Below are positions 12,445 through 26,429 of a DNA stretch of 64,000 nt, piece after piece. Each line of letters begins with the position of its first letter. Within the stretch, counting starts at the first letter, position 1. Origin of the DNA: the human T2T-CHM13v2.0 reference genome, Homo sapiens; NCBI RefSeq assembly GCF_009914755.1, contig NC_060927.1; one strand, given 5' to 3'. The position numbers and the translations under genes are program-made. Under the pieces are notes generated by a model. The model saw nothing but the letters and a program-made list of their open reading frames with translations, had not been told where the DNA came from and made no database searches.

Positions 12445-14669
12445 CTAGAAATCAGAAAGGATGGGGATAAATAACAAGCCTCCGGGAACCCAGAGCTTCA
12501 CCCAAAGCCTTGTTTGCATTCATACCCACACCATGTCTGAGTGAGACATACAATTCCCAGCATCCCCCAGCCAGGCAGTACAGGCACCAAACTTGAATCG
12601 CACACTATCACATCACACCCACCCCAAGAGCCTGCACCACACCTTCCAGGATGTGTATTTTAGATGTAGATTTCAGGTTCTGTTGGGGCAGAGCAGTATT
12701 TCTTTTGACTGGCTCTATACCAAAGGCCCACATAGGAAAGGGCTCCTAAAGTCCTATCATTTGGAGGGCCAGGATGGAGAGGAGATGTGAGGCCTGCCCC
12801 CAGTAAGAGCCAGAGCTGCAGCTACTCATTTCCATTCTGAGCAGGCTGAGGATTACCAGGCACGGGGCTGGCATTCTCTCACTAGGTCACCTGAGTAAGG
12901 CAGGGCCCAGAACATGGGGCAGACACTGTGCTGTACCGCTCAGATCCCCCCACAGGACTGGCGGGCCCGCTCCCCAGCTAGGCCGATAGCCCTTTGCTGA
13001 CCACCACCTCACAGAAGGGTCACACCAGGGCAACCTACAACCAATGACTGCCCCAGGTGGGATACAACAACCCATTTCCTGATCCCAATTTGGGATAACG
13101 CAAATGCCATCCCAGCTCCAAGCCAACCTGGGGGATTGTGACTGCATCACAGCCCAAATTCTCCCTCTGCCCGCTACTGTACCGACAAGTGTTCTAAGGT
13201 AACTCCCTCTAAAAACTTCCAATCTCAGAGGCCGCTTCCCGGGGGCCCAACCTGCAACCAAGCATTTCCTGGTGTGACAGGGAAGTCAGGGGCTCAGAGT
13301 CCCAAGGTCACGCGGCCAGTAATAGAGTTGGGCAACAACCAGGGTCTCATCAAATCTCTGGAGCAAGACCACCCGAGAGCGAGCCCCAGCTCCGTCACTG
13401 ACCGGCCAAGTTTCTCAATCTGAATTTCTCATCTCGGTGGCCCAGAGTGCACGTGGGGTTTTAGTTTTCAGTTCCCACCATGGCCACTTCCTTGTGCTTC
13501 AGCTGTTATCTCATTGGTTTCACCAAATACGCACTTAAATCTTAGACATTATATAATTGAGAGAAAAAGGGAGCTCTCAGTTCCTATGATTTCTTGCTGG
13601 GCTAGAGAGAGGAGCCCAGGAATGCAGTTGCACCATCAGTGGGAAATGATTTCTTAAGGCTTTAGTATGTTGTAAATCATTCTGAGCGCTTTGCTAGGAA
13701 AAACCAAAAATGTGCTATGTAAATGTTTAAAAATCTGCCATTTTTGTAGTTTTCCACGGTAGAGATCTGTTTCCTCAGATAAAACATTTGCCCAAACACA
13801 GAATTCTGAGATTTAATACATTATAGGATTCTTGGATTTAGCACCTTTTAGATAAGAATGGTAATGGAATGTTCCATTAAAGTAGAGAAACATGAGTGAA
13901 ATACATGTTGAGGTTAGGATTTAACATTTATCTGGTCCTTTCCCACCCTGTATCCCCCAAAAAACCCAAATGAGTTCACTTACAATGTTGGATGGGTTTC
14001 TCCTTTGACTTCTTTTGAAATGTCTCGTACTGTAGCTGACAGACTTCCCTTAGGAGATGGGTGGAGCTTCTTCCACCCAAACTGTGAGGATCCCAATAAT
14101 GGAATCACTCTGTAGGCTAAGTGGTGTCTCAGACCCACCTCCTACTTAAGCCGAGCCTGCCAGGCAGGCATCTCGAGGCTCCAAACCCACCAGAGGAGGC
14201 CCCTGATTTTAGCCCTCAGCATGACCGTGGCTGCCTCCACCAAGCCTCCATAGTTTCCAGGCACCGTGTTATGGTTCGTAACTGCTGCCCTGTGTTAGGC
14301 AGCTGCCGTTGCATTTTAATTCCAGCCCAAATGTAAGAGTCTCTCCTTTTTTTTAATGGATGTTCCAAAACAGTCAGAGCCTCTTCACATTTTATATCAT
14401 TTTACGTGTTTTTAGAAAAGGACCAGTGAAGCCTACCTGTGTAGTATAGTACTCCGAGAGGCAGTTGGCTCTCAGGGAAGTCAGAGGAAGTTTTACTGTT
14501 GCCAAAAAAGTGGTGATTGTTTTGGCTAAGAGGCCTTCAGTGCTAAAATGTCAAAGCATTATAGTATGGGTTCAAATCCTAGTGCTGGCACTCATTAGCT
14601 GTCAGTCTTTAGGCAGGTTATGAATCTGAGTTTCAAGTTACTCATCTCTAAAATGGTTGTCTCTACCTC

Positions 14670-14770
14670 CAGGGCTGCGGTGCACACCTCCAGGGCCCCA
14701 TTCATATTGTATTTGATGTGAATAGCGCCCTCTGCTGTTGTGCAGTGTACAACTGAGGACAATTCCACCA
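14670..14770. mobile_element. MER91A-like hAT MITE
   Basis: Quasi-palindromic cagggccccattca...tgtgaatagcgccctctgctgttgtgcagtgtacaac, resembling the recalled MER91A consensus. Confidence 0.65.
14723..14741 (-). promoter_or_regulatory. Candidate CTCF site
   Basis: Minus strand ACAGCAGAGGGCGCTA versus core CCASYAGRKGGCRSYA (one mismatch); CpG retained. Confidence 0.55.
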
Positions 14771-15639
14771 CGTGCTAGACCTTCCATCTAATATGAGCCC
14801 AGATACTCTCTCCGGGGCTGCTCTTGCTAAATAACAGAGCTTCCATAGTTTCCCCTGGATGCCTGGCCACATCCAGTTTCCTGTAGAAGATCACATCTTG
14901 TTGATCTGCTGATATAATACAAAACGAGAACACAAATGGTAGAAAACAAACAACAAAAACTGTTTCAGATCCCAACAATTCAAAAAGGAGACGTCTCAGA
15001 AAGCAAGAGGAGGCCTGGACTGTGCCAGATTTCAGTTGAGCCTCTGAGGTGAGCTCTGACATCCACACCACTTAAAGGCAGGCAAGTCCAGCCTGGGGAA
15101 TGGACTCCAGGTTTTGAGTAGGACCGGGGGAGTCTCTGAGCTTAACCAGCAAGCCGCAGATAAAACAGGTTGCACTGAGTTGGGGGCCTTCCCAAGCCAG
15201 AGCATCTGTGGCAGTTGGGTGTGTCACCAAATCCAATTAGCCGCCCAATTCAGAAATAACTGTCTAAAAGAAAAAAAGAAATCCTTCACTTTACAGCAGT
15301 GTGTGTCCAGAGTTCCATGTCAGCAGGAGCCAATGGATTTAATTTGCACATTTTAAAAACTGCCCATGATGTGTCCACTTCAAGTAGTTTAGCTGGAAGG
15401 AAGTCTTCCCGAGTTGTAGAAATCACCTACTCCCTTTGAAGAAGTTTAATATTTGCCTTGAAAATCACACGCACGTACACAGAGGTTTCTTTCCAATGCT
15501 GAAAAGTCCTGATTAGAAAAATCTATCCATGTTGCTGATTAAAAGAAGACTAAATATGCCACATCCTCGGTGTGCCAATCTTGCAGTTTCTTTTCTTAAG
15601 TTTTAATGCTAGACATACTATGTGTGTCCTCGCTAAGAA

Positions 15640-16850
15640 GCTGATTACTCATTCATTGATTCGACAAGTATCTGTTGAGCACCAACTAAAATCTGGGTAC
15701 ACAACACAGGAAAAAGGTCTTTGCTCTTGTGGAGACTATGTCTGACTCTGCCTGGGAAGGATAAAATAATGATCACAAATAACTAAAAGCCCAAAGGAGA
15801 GCTCTGAAGGAGAAGAACGTGGTTCTTTTCCAGGGTAGTACAAAGGAGTCTGGTTTGGTATAAAAGGAGACAGCACTGTTCTGAGAAAAGGATGCTCGAG
15901 TAGAGCTAGAAAGGAGGAGAATGTCCTTGGCAGAGGGGACACGGAAGAACTGGAGGCCACAGAGGAGCTGGAGGCCACAGAGAATGGGAGGCTGGCAGAG
16001 GAGGTAAGAGGGACCAGATCCCTTGGGGCCTTGAGGGCCACAGTACTGATTTCCATCTTTGTCTTCAGAGTCATACAAAACTAGAACTCCTTTGAGCAGT
16101 GGGATGACAGGATTCAAGTTCCCTTTTTAACAGATCACTTGGGCTCTGAATAGGGAACCTATTTGAAGGGGATATCTATTATTAGGAGATTAGAATAGCT
16201 GAGGCGAGTGATGGTAGAGAGAAGTGGAGGGATTCCAGAGCCTCCGGGACCTAACACAGATGGGTCTTAAGGATAGATTGAATATAGGGGAAGGAGAGGG
16301 GAGGGTCAGCAGGGATAGCCCCTAAGGTGCAATGCCATTCCTCTAGATAGGGTGGCGGTTGGCCAGGTGGGCGAGGTATGGGGAGGGGGACAGTCATAGG
16401 TTTCCTCGAGCCACAGGATGGATGGAGCTGGAGTCTTGGGGTGCAGTGAGGGCTGAAAATGCAGGCGGAATGGTCATTGGCACAGAGGTGGTGAAGGAGA
16501 TTTTCTAAGGAAGAGGCAAGAGTGAAGGGAGAAATGGGGCTGGGTCTGAACCCTGAGGAACTTAGTGGGAAACCAGGAGAATGAGGTGGGAAAGAACCAA
16601 GAGAAAAGCTGCTTCAGGGAGTGGGGGTGGTCCCAACATCCGGGCTGCAAGAGCTCAGGCATGATGAGGACTAGATGGAGTGACTCTCGGTCACCAGGGG
16701 ACACAGGCCTGTGGGAGTAGGACGCTGACCCTTGTCAGCTGAGGAGTGAGGAGGGGACACCCAGTGCAGAAGATTCTTCCAAGGAGTCTGGCTGTGAAGC
16801 CCCCCTCTCTGGAGGACTCCCATCTGTGAGGTGACCCAGAGGGTCTTGTG
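15640..16850. mobile_element. L2 fragments
   Basis: L2 3'-end motif attcattgattcgacaagtatctgttgagcacc followed by purine-rich degenerate L2 body. Confidence 0.55.
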
Positions 16851-18587
16851 TAGAACAAGTGCTCCACACCAGTCACCTACAGTCTTGGAATGAGGCAGGA
16901 AATAATTAGGTACATGGAAAGAGAAAGCAGTCCACCCAGATGAGTACAGCTGCTTGGGATTAGAAGTTTTTACTGACTGAAAAAACAGTGGGTCCCATCC
17001 TCTCTGAATTTTCCCTGAGGAGAGTCAGTTCAACCTTATTACAGCAGCTTTTACAAATCTATCTCTAAAGTCTCCCTGCCGACTCAAGTTTCCACTGACT
17101 TGTCCCCCTGCATGCGATGCCATGACCTTCACACCAACATCCAACCACATGTCTCTCCTTTGGAATCTGTGTGCCCCACCACCAGGAACCTGTTAGGCAA
17201 AGGTGGCACCATCTCCCTCTGTAAGGCTGCAGCGGGTGTCTGTCAGCATCTGACAGGGGCCCTTTGCGTGCTGTGTGTTGAATGTTGCACTTGCTGAATG
17301 CATGCAGTTCCCGTGAGCCTGTGGCTGAGCTGAAACTGACAGCGCTCTGCAGCCGATCCATCTTCCAGCTGGTGGCTGCCTGCTCCTGGTGGTTGATGGT
17401 GGGCTGGCAGTTCCCTTCTGGTCCATTGTGCCGTCACCTGTCACATTACACCTTCAGAGCCTGGAGAAAGACCTTCCTCCACACTCCAGCCCATCTGGCT
17501 TCAAGTCACCATTGCTTTGGCACTCCTTCCACAAGTGGGCTCCCCCTGGAGTTGTTGGCTGGTGAGGGGCTGCTCCAATCTGTTCATTTACTTGATGCTC
17601 CTTCCCAGGGCTCTGTGTCCAAAGAACATGAGGAACCAAGCGTGAGGAATGCAGGAGTGATGCCAGGAGTGAGGAGCCGAGCAGGTCAGGCAGGCCCTGC
17701 CGAGAATGTGGCCTCAGCCATCAAAGGTGCAGTGAGCTGAATCCAGGTGATGCCTGACTCAGGCTTTGGTGTGTCCACTCGACTCACTGGCCTCTTCCCC
17801 AGCAACTGGTGAAAATGTCCTCAGGAAAAGCACCACAGGCTGCTCAGGGTGGGGTGGGAAGCATCAGAATCATCTGGCACAAGGGTTGCCGACACTTGCA
17901 CCTCGTACAGCCCTTGTGCTCAACCTTCAGGAATCACAGAGAAGACTCTCTGAGAAGGCCAGTCTCTGTGCGACTGTTTCTAGGGTAGTTCAGAGTCCGG
18001 AGAGGGGGAAAAGGGCCCTGGGGATCTCTTGAGGACAGCCTGGCCTGAGGACTTGCTGCCACAGGCTACAGCTAGCATCACCAGCTGTCACACAGAGGCC
18101 TTTGGGTCTAGGCCTGTCATGAAGAAATTTTGGCAGGGTCTCTGCTTAGATCCCCACACTTTTAATGTCCTAAGGAATCTTAACAGGGCAGGCCAGAGCT
18201 CCAACTAGCTGATAATGAGATTAAGACACAAAGAAACTGGCCATGAGCTCGAGCCATCCCCACCCCATGGTCAGGCTGCAGCTGACTTCGTGCCCTTCTT
18301 TTCATCCTAGTGGGAATATCTAGCAGGCTGAAGCCTCCAGAAGAGCCTCTCTCCTCCATCCTTCTGGCCGGCCCAGCAGGACGATGGCAGACAAGGCCCT
18401 CCAGTCCCCTCAGCTGTCCCGTTTTAGCAGCCTGAGATGTGATTCGGGTTGCCAGGGGCTCAGGTGTTCCTTGGGCTCTGCGAGCCCTTGGAAGCTGGAG
18501 CAGGCTGCCCCCTCAAATGCTGCAGAAAATCCACTGAAGATGAAGCCCTGCTGAGGAAAACCTAGGAAGGCCATCAAAGTCTCTTAC

Positions 18588-18669
18588 CTTCGATTCCTTC
18601 TTCTTGATTTTCTGAGGTAGACAAGGTCTCTGAAGAAAGACAATCTGCTTGGTGGATACACTCCCCTCG
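18588..18669 (-). CDS. RFTN1: Raftlin coding exon, 82 nt: (S)EGSVSTKQIVFLQRPCLPQKIKKKESK
   Basis: Acceptor gtgtgttacAG; donor AAG|GTAAGA. Phase 2 to phase 0. Not shown in this frame in the ORF track; translated by hand. Confidence 0.95.
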
Positions 18670-19364
18670 CTGTAACACACGGAGCTGAGAATGAGCCACT
18701 TTATGCCTTAGAGGAACCCAAAACCTGACACAGATGTTGCCATCCCTAATTTCATCAAAGCAGACCACCCACAGGATTATGACAGGTTAGAAGAGACGCC
18801 TGCTCTACTCTTCCGCTCCCAGGCCATCCAACCTTGCTTCCGAGGGGCTATCTCAGATGCCCAACAAAAGCTTTTTGGGTATCCCTACAAAGTCAGCTTC
18901 CTAGCTGGACACGCCCATTCCCTTAATGGGAAGTAACAGCATCTTGGCCAAATGTGGACACACTGGCTGCTTCAGTGGATCTCAAAGGGGCAGGGGCCTT
19001 TTCCAAATCTGTCTCTGGTAATGATGGGCAGGTAGATAAGGACCTGGGTGATGAGCTCAGCCCTCCAGCTGCTACAGGACAGTGGACAGAGGTCATGGCT
19101 GCATCCAGGGTCTCAGCCATGCATGGCTCCTGCAGGCACACCAAAGACTGCACAGCACCAGGCGGGCCCTGCAAGGCAGTGCCTGTTAACCAGCTCTGGC
19201 TCACATGCGAGGGAGGGGCGACTCGTATCTTACAATACAGTGAATTCTCTCTTCCCAGGAAGGCAGGACCTGGAGCTGCCTCTAAAGATGATAGAAGTAT
19301 TGTAAAGAAGATCACTGTTTTTTTTTTCCCCTGCTTCCACCCTTCTGATGATTTTGTATTTTAT

Positions 19365-20240
19365 TTTTAATTTACAAATAATAATTGTATATTTATGGGG
19401 TAGAGTGTGATGTTTTGATATATGTTTACAATGTGGACTGATTAAATCAGGCTACTTAACAAATCCATCACCTCACATACTTAGCACTTTTTGTGGTGAA
19501 AACATTTAAAAGCTACTCTTTTAGGAACTGTAAACTATACAAGGCATTATTGTTTATAATAGTCACCATTCTGTGCAATAGATGACCAAGGCTTATTCCT
19601 CCTAACTGAAACTTTGTACCCTTTGATCAACATCTCTCGTTTGCCCATCCGCCCCACTCCCCAGCCTCTGGTAAACACCATTCTACTCTCTGCTTCTATG
19701 ACTCAACTTTTTTAGATTCCACGTATGAGAGAGATTATAAGGTATGTCATTCTGTGCCTGGTTTATTTCACTTAGCATAGTGTCTTCCAGGCTCATCCTT
19801 GTAATAAATAACAGAATGTCCCTGACCCCCCCCCTTTTAAGGTTGCATAGTATTCCATTGTGTGTGTGTGTGTGTGTGTGTATTTTATATATATATATCA
19901 CATTTTCTTCATCCATCTGATGAGGGACACCTAAGTTGTTTCCATTTCTTAGCTGTTGTGAATAATGCTGCAAGGATCATGGAAATGCAGATCCCTCTTC
20001 TGCATACTGATTTCAGTTCCTTTGGATATATACCTAGAAGTGGGTTTGCTGGATCATGTGCTAAGTCTATCTTTAGTTTTCTGAGAAACCTCTGTACTAT
20101 TTTCCATAATGGCTATATTAATTTACAATCCCACCAAGAGTGTACAAGGGTTCTCTTTTCTCTATACCCTTGTCTTTTTTATAATAGCCATCCCAATCAG
20201 TGTGAGGCTATATCTCACTGTGGTTTTAATTTGCATTTCT
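19365..20240 (-). mobile_element. L1MA-type 3' fragment containing a (TG)n tract at 19859-19880
   Basis: Antisense L1 3'UTR and ORF2-end motifs; ORFs 19683..19973 and 19862..20353 are L1-like. Confidence 0.85.
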
Positions 20241-21968
20241 TAAATCTGTTTTGTAAATTTCTTTACATGTTACTGCATTCAGCTACAAAGTCTGTAAGAA
20301 AAAGGAGGGAGAGAACTAATATTTACTCTGCACCTATTTTGTGTAGCGGCTAGGCTGGGTGAATTCACACATAATGGCTCATTTAAGCTTCACCTCAATG
20401 CTCCACGGAATCCAACTACCACTTTTATAGAAGGAAACAAAAGCTCAGCTCAAGAGCAGGCTGGAGATCACACAGTGAGGATTCAAACACAGATCTACCC
20501 AGTTCCACACAGTCTCCATTCCACCGTAAGTGGTCATTTAAGGAACAGGGAGGTGGAGGATTAGGAAGGATTATTTAGCAGGTGTGAAGGTCTGAGACAG
20601 AGAGACCTGTCTGTAGCCCCTGGGCTTAGGTGGCTCAGAACCAGCTGGGCCTTCACATTCAAATACATTCTGAGTCTTGTCTTCTGGAAATTGACCAGGA
20701 AACTGACTCAGAGAAGCTATGTCACTTGACCAACATGACACAGTGGGTAAGTGGCAGACTGAAGACTTGGGTTCAAGTCTTCAGGCCCCAAATCCAGGGT
20801 TCTTTCTACATCACTGCATTGCCCTATGCCTGTCGAAGTCTTGGCTGAGAAAGAACATGGTGGTTTCCAGTGGCCAAGGGGCTCAAAAGTGGCCGCAGAC
20901 TGGCTCCCCCTGGTGCACTGACCCACTGTGACCTAATGTGGAATCTAAGGATCCTGGTGAGCCAGAGGAGGGACTAGGAAAGACATCAGTTGTCACCATG
21001 ATTCTGCACTCTCAATCACCCTGGTTTGCCAGCCTTGCCCCATGCTGTCCATCACTCTGCAGTGGTGAATATGCAGTAGGGCTTGGGGAAGGTGGAGCTC
21101 TGGGGGCCACAGCGGGGGCATCCTTGCTGGTCAGCAGAGAGACGGCCTGCTCCAGGAAAAGTGCCTGATTCTGCAGACTGAGGTTCTAGGCCCAGTTTCT
21201 GCCACTTACTGGCTGGGTAGCCTTAAGTATGTGACCAAGCCTCCCCTAGCCTCAGTTTCCTCATCTGCAAAATGGGAATCATATCCATGCTTACAACCCC
21301 ACAGGGCAAGACTAATTTGGATAGTAAGCCCAACATATAGATGGAGGGCCTTTTATGGTTGGTGTGACTGGGCTCAAGGGAGCGTAAGCAGAGCTGAGAG
21401 TGGACAAATGAGCATGAACCTGAAATTATAAGGAATGCCGCACCAAGGCCTGAAAGGCAGGCCTTTACAGCCCCTTTGTGGAGCTGGTGACCAGTGCTTG
21501 ATCTTGGCCACGTCCCTCAACCTCTCTGGCTACACTTTCCTCAGCTGCAAAATGGGTTTAATAATAATACAATTCTACCTCATAGTATTTTTCTTTTCTT
21601 TTTGAGGACTGAGATTTTTATATATAAAGTGCCTACCTAGCCTAGCACAAGGCACATAGTAGGTGCTGAATTTCTTTTGCATTGGAGGCTCTGAGCCCTC
21701 TCAGTCTGAGCGGCTCATCTTTGACATTCTGGGCAGTAATGACTCACAGGGCCCCCCATGTGGGAAGAGGGGTGCAGGGGAGTTCTCTGGGTGACGGTGG
21801 TTAAGAATGCGAAATTCTGGCTCTGCTGCTTCCCAGTGGGAGAGTTTACATAACTACCAGCCTCTTGCACAGGATTAAATAATTTATAGACGTGAGGTGC
21901 TCATTAGGAACAGTGACTAGCACAGAGTAAGTGTTCAATAGAATCCTAATGATTACTGTTATTGTTAC

Positions 21969-22072
21969 CTGGTAGTCTTGACGACGGGAGTTGGTAGCAC
22001 ACAGGTGAGCTGCCAGCCATAGGCCGCCAGCGAGTTCAGCAGGGGCACGTAGTCTGTCTGCACTTCGACACC
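21969..22072 (-). CDS. RFTN1: Raftlin coding exon, 104 nt: GVEVQTDYVPLLNSLAAYGWQLTCVLPTPVVKTT(S)
   Basis: Acceptor ccttgttcccccAG with CTAAT branch-like motif; donor CAG|GTAACA. Phase 0 to phase 2, in frame with flanking exons. Confidence 0.96.
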
Positions 22073-22673
22073 CTGGGGGAACAAGGCCAGCATTAGGGCT
22101 GCTGCTGCCACAAGCCAACTCCCAGGCAATGAGAGGGGACTATTCAGTCTGCCAATCCGCAAAACAGAAAAGAAGTGGCGGTGCCCGGCCACTCAGAGGC
22201 TCCTGCTCCGATGCTTGCTGAAGACTTTAAAAGTTTGGAGTCAAACTGCCAACATGGGATTTCTTTCTGGGCCCCATTTCAGTCTGTGATGTCAGCAAGG
22301 AATTACAGCCAAAAGATTAATCCATTAATTTTGTTTGATTCTTGTCTGGACAAATAGCCTCCTGTGAGTTTCACTGACGAATCATAATTGTCTCACCTCT
22401 GAGCGGTATCCAGGGCATATAACTACACGTGCTGCTCTGAATGAGTTCAGAGCGTGTTGTGGGGAGTTAACTTACATTTGACAAATGATCAAGTCGTTTA
22501 TGTCCAGCCACAGCAACACACACATGCACATCCATATGTGTGTGTACACGCAGAAGCTGCTTTGCCTGTGTTATGTGCCCTGCCTTGCAGGGATAAATGA
22601 ATGCTGCCATGTTTTATTTCAAATTAGGATTTGGGGAACTAACATTTGTCTTTCAGTTAAAAAACTCAGCCCC

Positions 22674-22983
<310 letters not shown>

Positions 22984-23807
22984 TCAGCCCCCTGCTAGCA
23001 CAGGGAGAGATTCCTGATGTGAGGCCCCTGCACTGGCTTCCACCTCTGCAGGCGTTCTCACTGCAACAGGCCTCATTTCTTACTACGGGTTCCTCACTAA
23101 CACTCAAAGTGTAGCCCCCACCCCTGCTCTGTGTGTAACTGGACTCCTCATCCCTCATAGTTTGGCTTCTTGTAGTTGGCTTCCGAAAATCTCAAACATG
23201 TATCCAGATTCCTTCCACCCTGTATGCCCACATAGTTCATTTATCAGGTACTCTAGAGCCATGATGGGTGCAAAGGCACAGCCCCGGCCCCTGGAGTTCA
23301 CAGGCTAGCAGGGGCAACAGCACAAACATGCCAGGAACTGAAAAACCTAAGGGCTCTCTGGCAGGGCCATGGGACTTTGAATGCCAGCAGAGGTGGGAGA
23401 GATCCCAGCCACAGTCAAAGCAGGCTTCCTGGGGCAAAAATTAGAAGGCAAAGCTGGGCCTAGAGTGCCAAGGTCTGTGGTCGGCTTAACTCAGAGGCAG
23501 CGCGCGTGACCATGGTCTGGAGTGCTCCACTCAGAAGGTGGCCACGTGTGGTGAGTGGCTATCCTGCTGGTGGCCCTTTGGGAACAAAACCAGCTCATCT
23601 GGATGCCCTGGGCGAGTGGGATGGAAGGCAGAGGAGGAACAACCTACCTGCCCTGTCTCTTCAAATGGCTTTTAAAGCTTCTATAACTGGACACCAGTTC
23701 CAGAGTGGCTATCAAGTCACCTGAACCCTTGGCGACTAATTTATCCCTTGGCAGCCTCCCTTTCCTCCGCTGTATAAAATGGGTACTGGTCTATGTCGGT
23801 TCCCAAA

Positions 23808-23985
23808 GCATGGCCCGAGCCGGCAGCATCAGCATCACCTGGCAACTTGTTAGAAGCCCAGATTCTCAGGGCCCCATCCCAGACCTGATGAATCAGGAAC
23901 TCTGGGAGTAGGGCCCCGGAATCTGTGTTTTAAAAAGCCCTTCCCAGTAGTCCTGATGCAGCTAAGTCTGAGAACCATCGCCTAG
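23808..23985. mobile_element. MER5A MITE
   Basis: cagcatcagcatcacctggcaacttgttagaa...gaatcaggaactctggg...ctgagaacca. Confidence 0.8.
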
Positions 23986-24165
23986 GTAATCATGTAGGTC
24001 CCTCCTGGCAAAAGAAAAGTCTGTAATTCTGTGGCCAGAATCTATCAGCTGTTGCCTCAAATCTAACTTTTTCCCATCATTCTCCATGAGAAAAAAATAT
24101 ATATTTTTAAAGGATCAGCTCTGTTAGAAATTCTGCCACACTGCAAGGGGAGAAAAGAAGGAAAG

Positions 24166-24523
24166 TGCTAAGGTTTGAATGTGTCCCCCAAAAAGTTTCC
24201 ATGTGTTGAAAACTTAATCCCCAATGCAATGACATTGAATGGTGAGGCCTGGTGGGAGTGTTTAGGTCAGAAGGGCTCCACTCTTGTGAATGGGTTAATG
24301 CCAACTCAGGCAAAGGGCTTGAGGCTACAAGTTCAGTCTCCTGCTCTCTCCCCTCTTTTCTGTGCTTCCGCCTCGGGATGACGCAGCAAGAAGGCCCTCA
24401 CAAGATGCCAGGCCCTCGACCTTGGACTTCCCAGCCTCCAGGACCAGGAGCCAAGAACTGTCTGTCCTTTATAAATTGCCTGATCTCAGGTATCCTGTTA
24501 CAACAGCACAAGTGGACCGAGAC
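24166..24523 (+). mobile_element. MaLR solo LTR (MST-type)
   Basis: tgctaaggtttgaatgtgtcccc...cttggacttcccagcctccag...gagaca. Confidence 0.8.
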
Positions 24524-26429
24524 AGGGCGGAAGTGGAGAAAGGGAAAGGGAAAGAGGAAACTTAATAAAGGAAGGCGGAAGGGAGGAGGGAAGGGAGGAA
24601 AGGAGAGAGAGGTACAAGAATAATCCGTTTACAGGTGGGGCCAGGAGAGAATGCCATTCTGGTCCCTTCCCTGAAGCCTCTATCAGGCCAGAGATGGCCC
24701 AGCAGTTGTGACCATCCTTTCTGCCTGGCCTCTGGGCACACGCACACCTCCCTTCCAGACCAGCACAGCCCGTATTCCTCCTGCTGGGTGCCACGCTCAC
24801 CACCTGCTGAAGGAGTCCTGAGGCTGCTTTATCCTGAGAATCCCTGCCCCCATCCCCGTATTCCCAGTTTAAAGAGAGGAGGAAAACCAATTTTAAATCC
24901 ACACTCTCAAGCTTTGCGAGGTTATGATTACTTGGGCCTATCAAGAATAACCTTCCCACTTTATCAAGCACTGTGACAAACCCGCCACAATCAGACAGTA
25001 GCCATGGCAACCAGGACAAGCTTTGGCGCCTCACAAAGCCCTGAGTGGCAGAATGGAGTCCTTTTATTGGTGGCTGCATCTCGGGCCAGGTTTTCTCTGC
25101 GGGCACCCAGAGCTGCGAGACAATGAACGACCCCTGCTGCAGCCCGACCCGCCTGCTTAGACAGACTGCAAACCGGCTGCTTCTATTTTGCTCCGTTTTA
25201 TTTCATTTTGTCACTCTCTTAAAGAAAAAATCAGCAGGATTTCTCCCAAACATTTTTTCCCCCTCAGGGTAGGAGATGTCAGCCAGAGGGTACAGAATCA
25301 TAAAGGCCAAAAGCAAAAGGGAAAACACAACAAAACAACCCTGCTTGAGAGAGCTGAAGGTTCAATCTCACGTGTTAATTTCTGGCCATCACATGGTGAG
25401 TTGACAAGTAAAATACAAATGGTAGGGGTGAGATGTTGCACTCTGCCAGACTCTCCCACTCCGACTATTTGGAATGGTCTTGGCTTAATTAATGTTAAAT
25501 GTGATTTTCCGTAAGCATCTATCACAGCCCGTTTGCATATTTATCAATATAGTAAAGAGATGGCATTTCTAAAATACAAGATGAGCCTGTCAGTGAAAGA
25601 CACTTTTAAGTCCATTAGCTAAGAAAGGTGGTAGGAAACATATCCGGATGGAAGGCTCTCTTTGATCTGCTTTTTTGTGACACTCCAGTGAGGAGAGAAG
25701 AAAGCACCAACAACACTCAAAAGCCAGCCTGCTTATCAAACAAAAAGACATTTCTTTCTCTGAGTAGGAGCAAAAATTTTAATTAACTCTCCACTCTCCT
25801 GTGGTGGATACGTAATCTCCGATCACACCTGGAGTGTTAAAAAATGGAGCATGTCCTGTGGTTTTTCAACTCGTATAAAAGGAATTCATTTGTATTTATG
25901 GCTCTTTTTTCCTTTGTTCCCTATAATTTCTCCAGTGATTGCAAATCAACTAAAGAAATAGACATCCTACACAACCTTTCTTTACCCTCCAAAAATTAGG
26001 ACAACAGAATGTAGAGTTTACTAAGAAATATGTTTGTCTTTTGATGATTTAAAAGATCTTCTATGCAGAGAAATAATTAGGAATTCATAAATTGGTCCAG
26101 TGAGAAAGTTTGCATTCTGAATGTCAGTTTGCTCTTCTTTTCTCCTGTGTTTCATCCTGTGGAAGCAATCTAGGAGAAAAGGAGTTTGAAAGAAAATATT
26201 TTGCTCTTTATACATGATTGTAAATGAAGAAAGGAATTTGATTTCCCTTGTCTGAAAGGTGCTTGAGACCACTTCTGGGGTGTTCTCCATACCTGAGAAA
26301 AGTGACTGGGGACAGTTTGCCTCTATTCCTGACATCCACAGGACTGAGACCTTGCCTTTCACCAATTAGGGTATGTAAGGGAGAGTCCTGCAAAAACTAC
26401 TTCTGTGTCTTTTGTAAAATTGCTACCAA

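Noticed and set aside
15264-15285. Very strong minus-strand acceptor tttctttttttcttttAG in the last intron
   Set aside because: I found no convincing donor or poly(A) signal at exon distance downstream.
22073-22192. In-frame intronic extension and ATG (MLALFPQ) upstream of the 104-nt exon
   Set aside because: The ATG overlaps the CTAAT branch-like motif and has weak Kozak context; explained by 3' splice-site composition.
24498-25106. 202-aa minus-strand ORF
   Set aside because: Non-ATG start, runs into a GA-rich low-complexity tract and an LTR, and has no recognisable domain.
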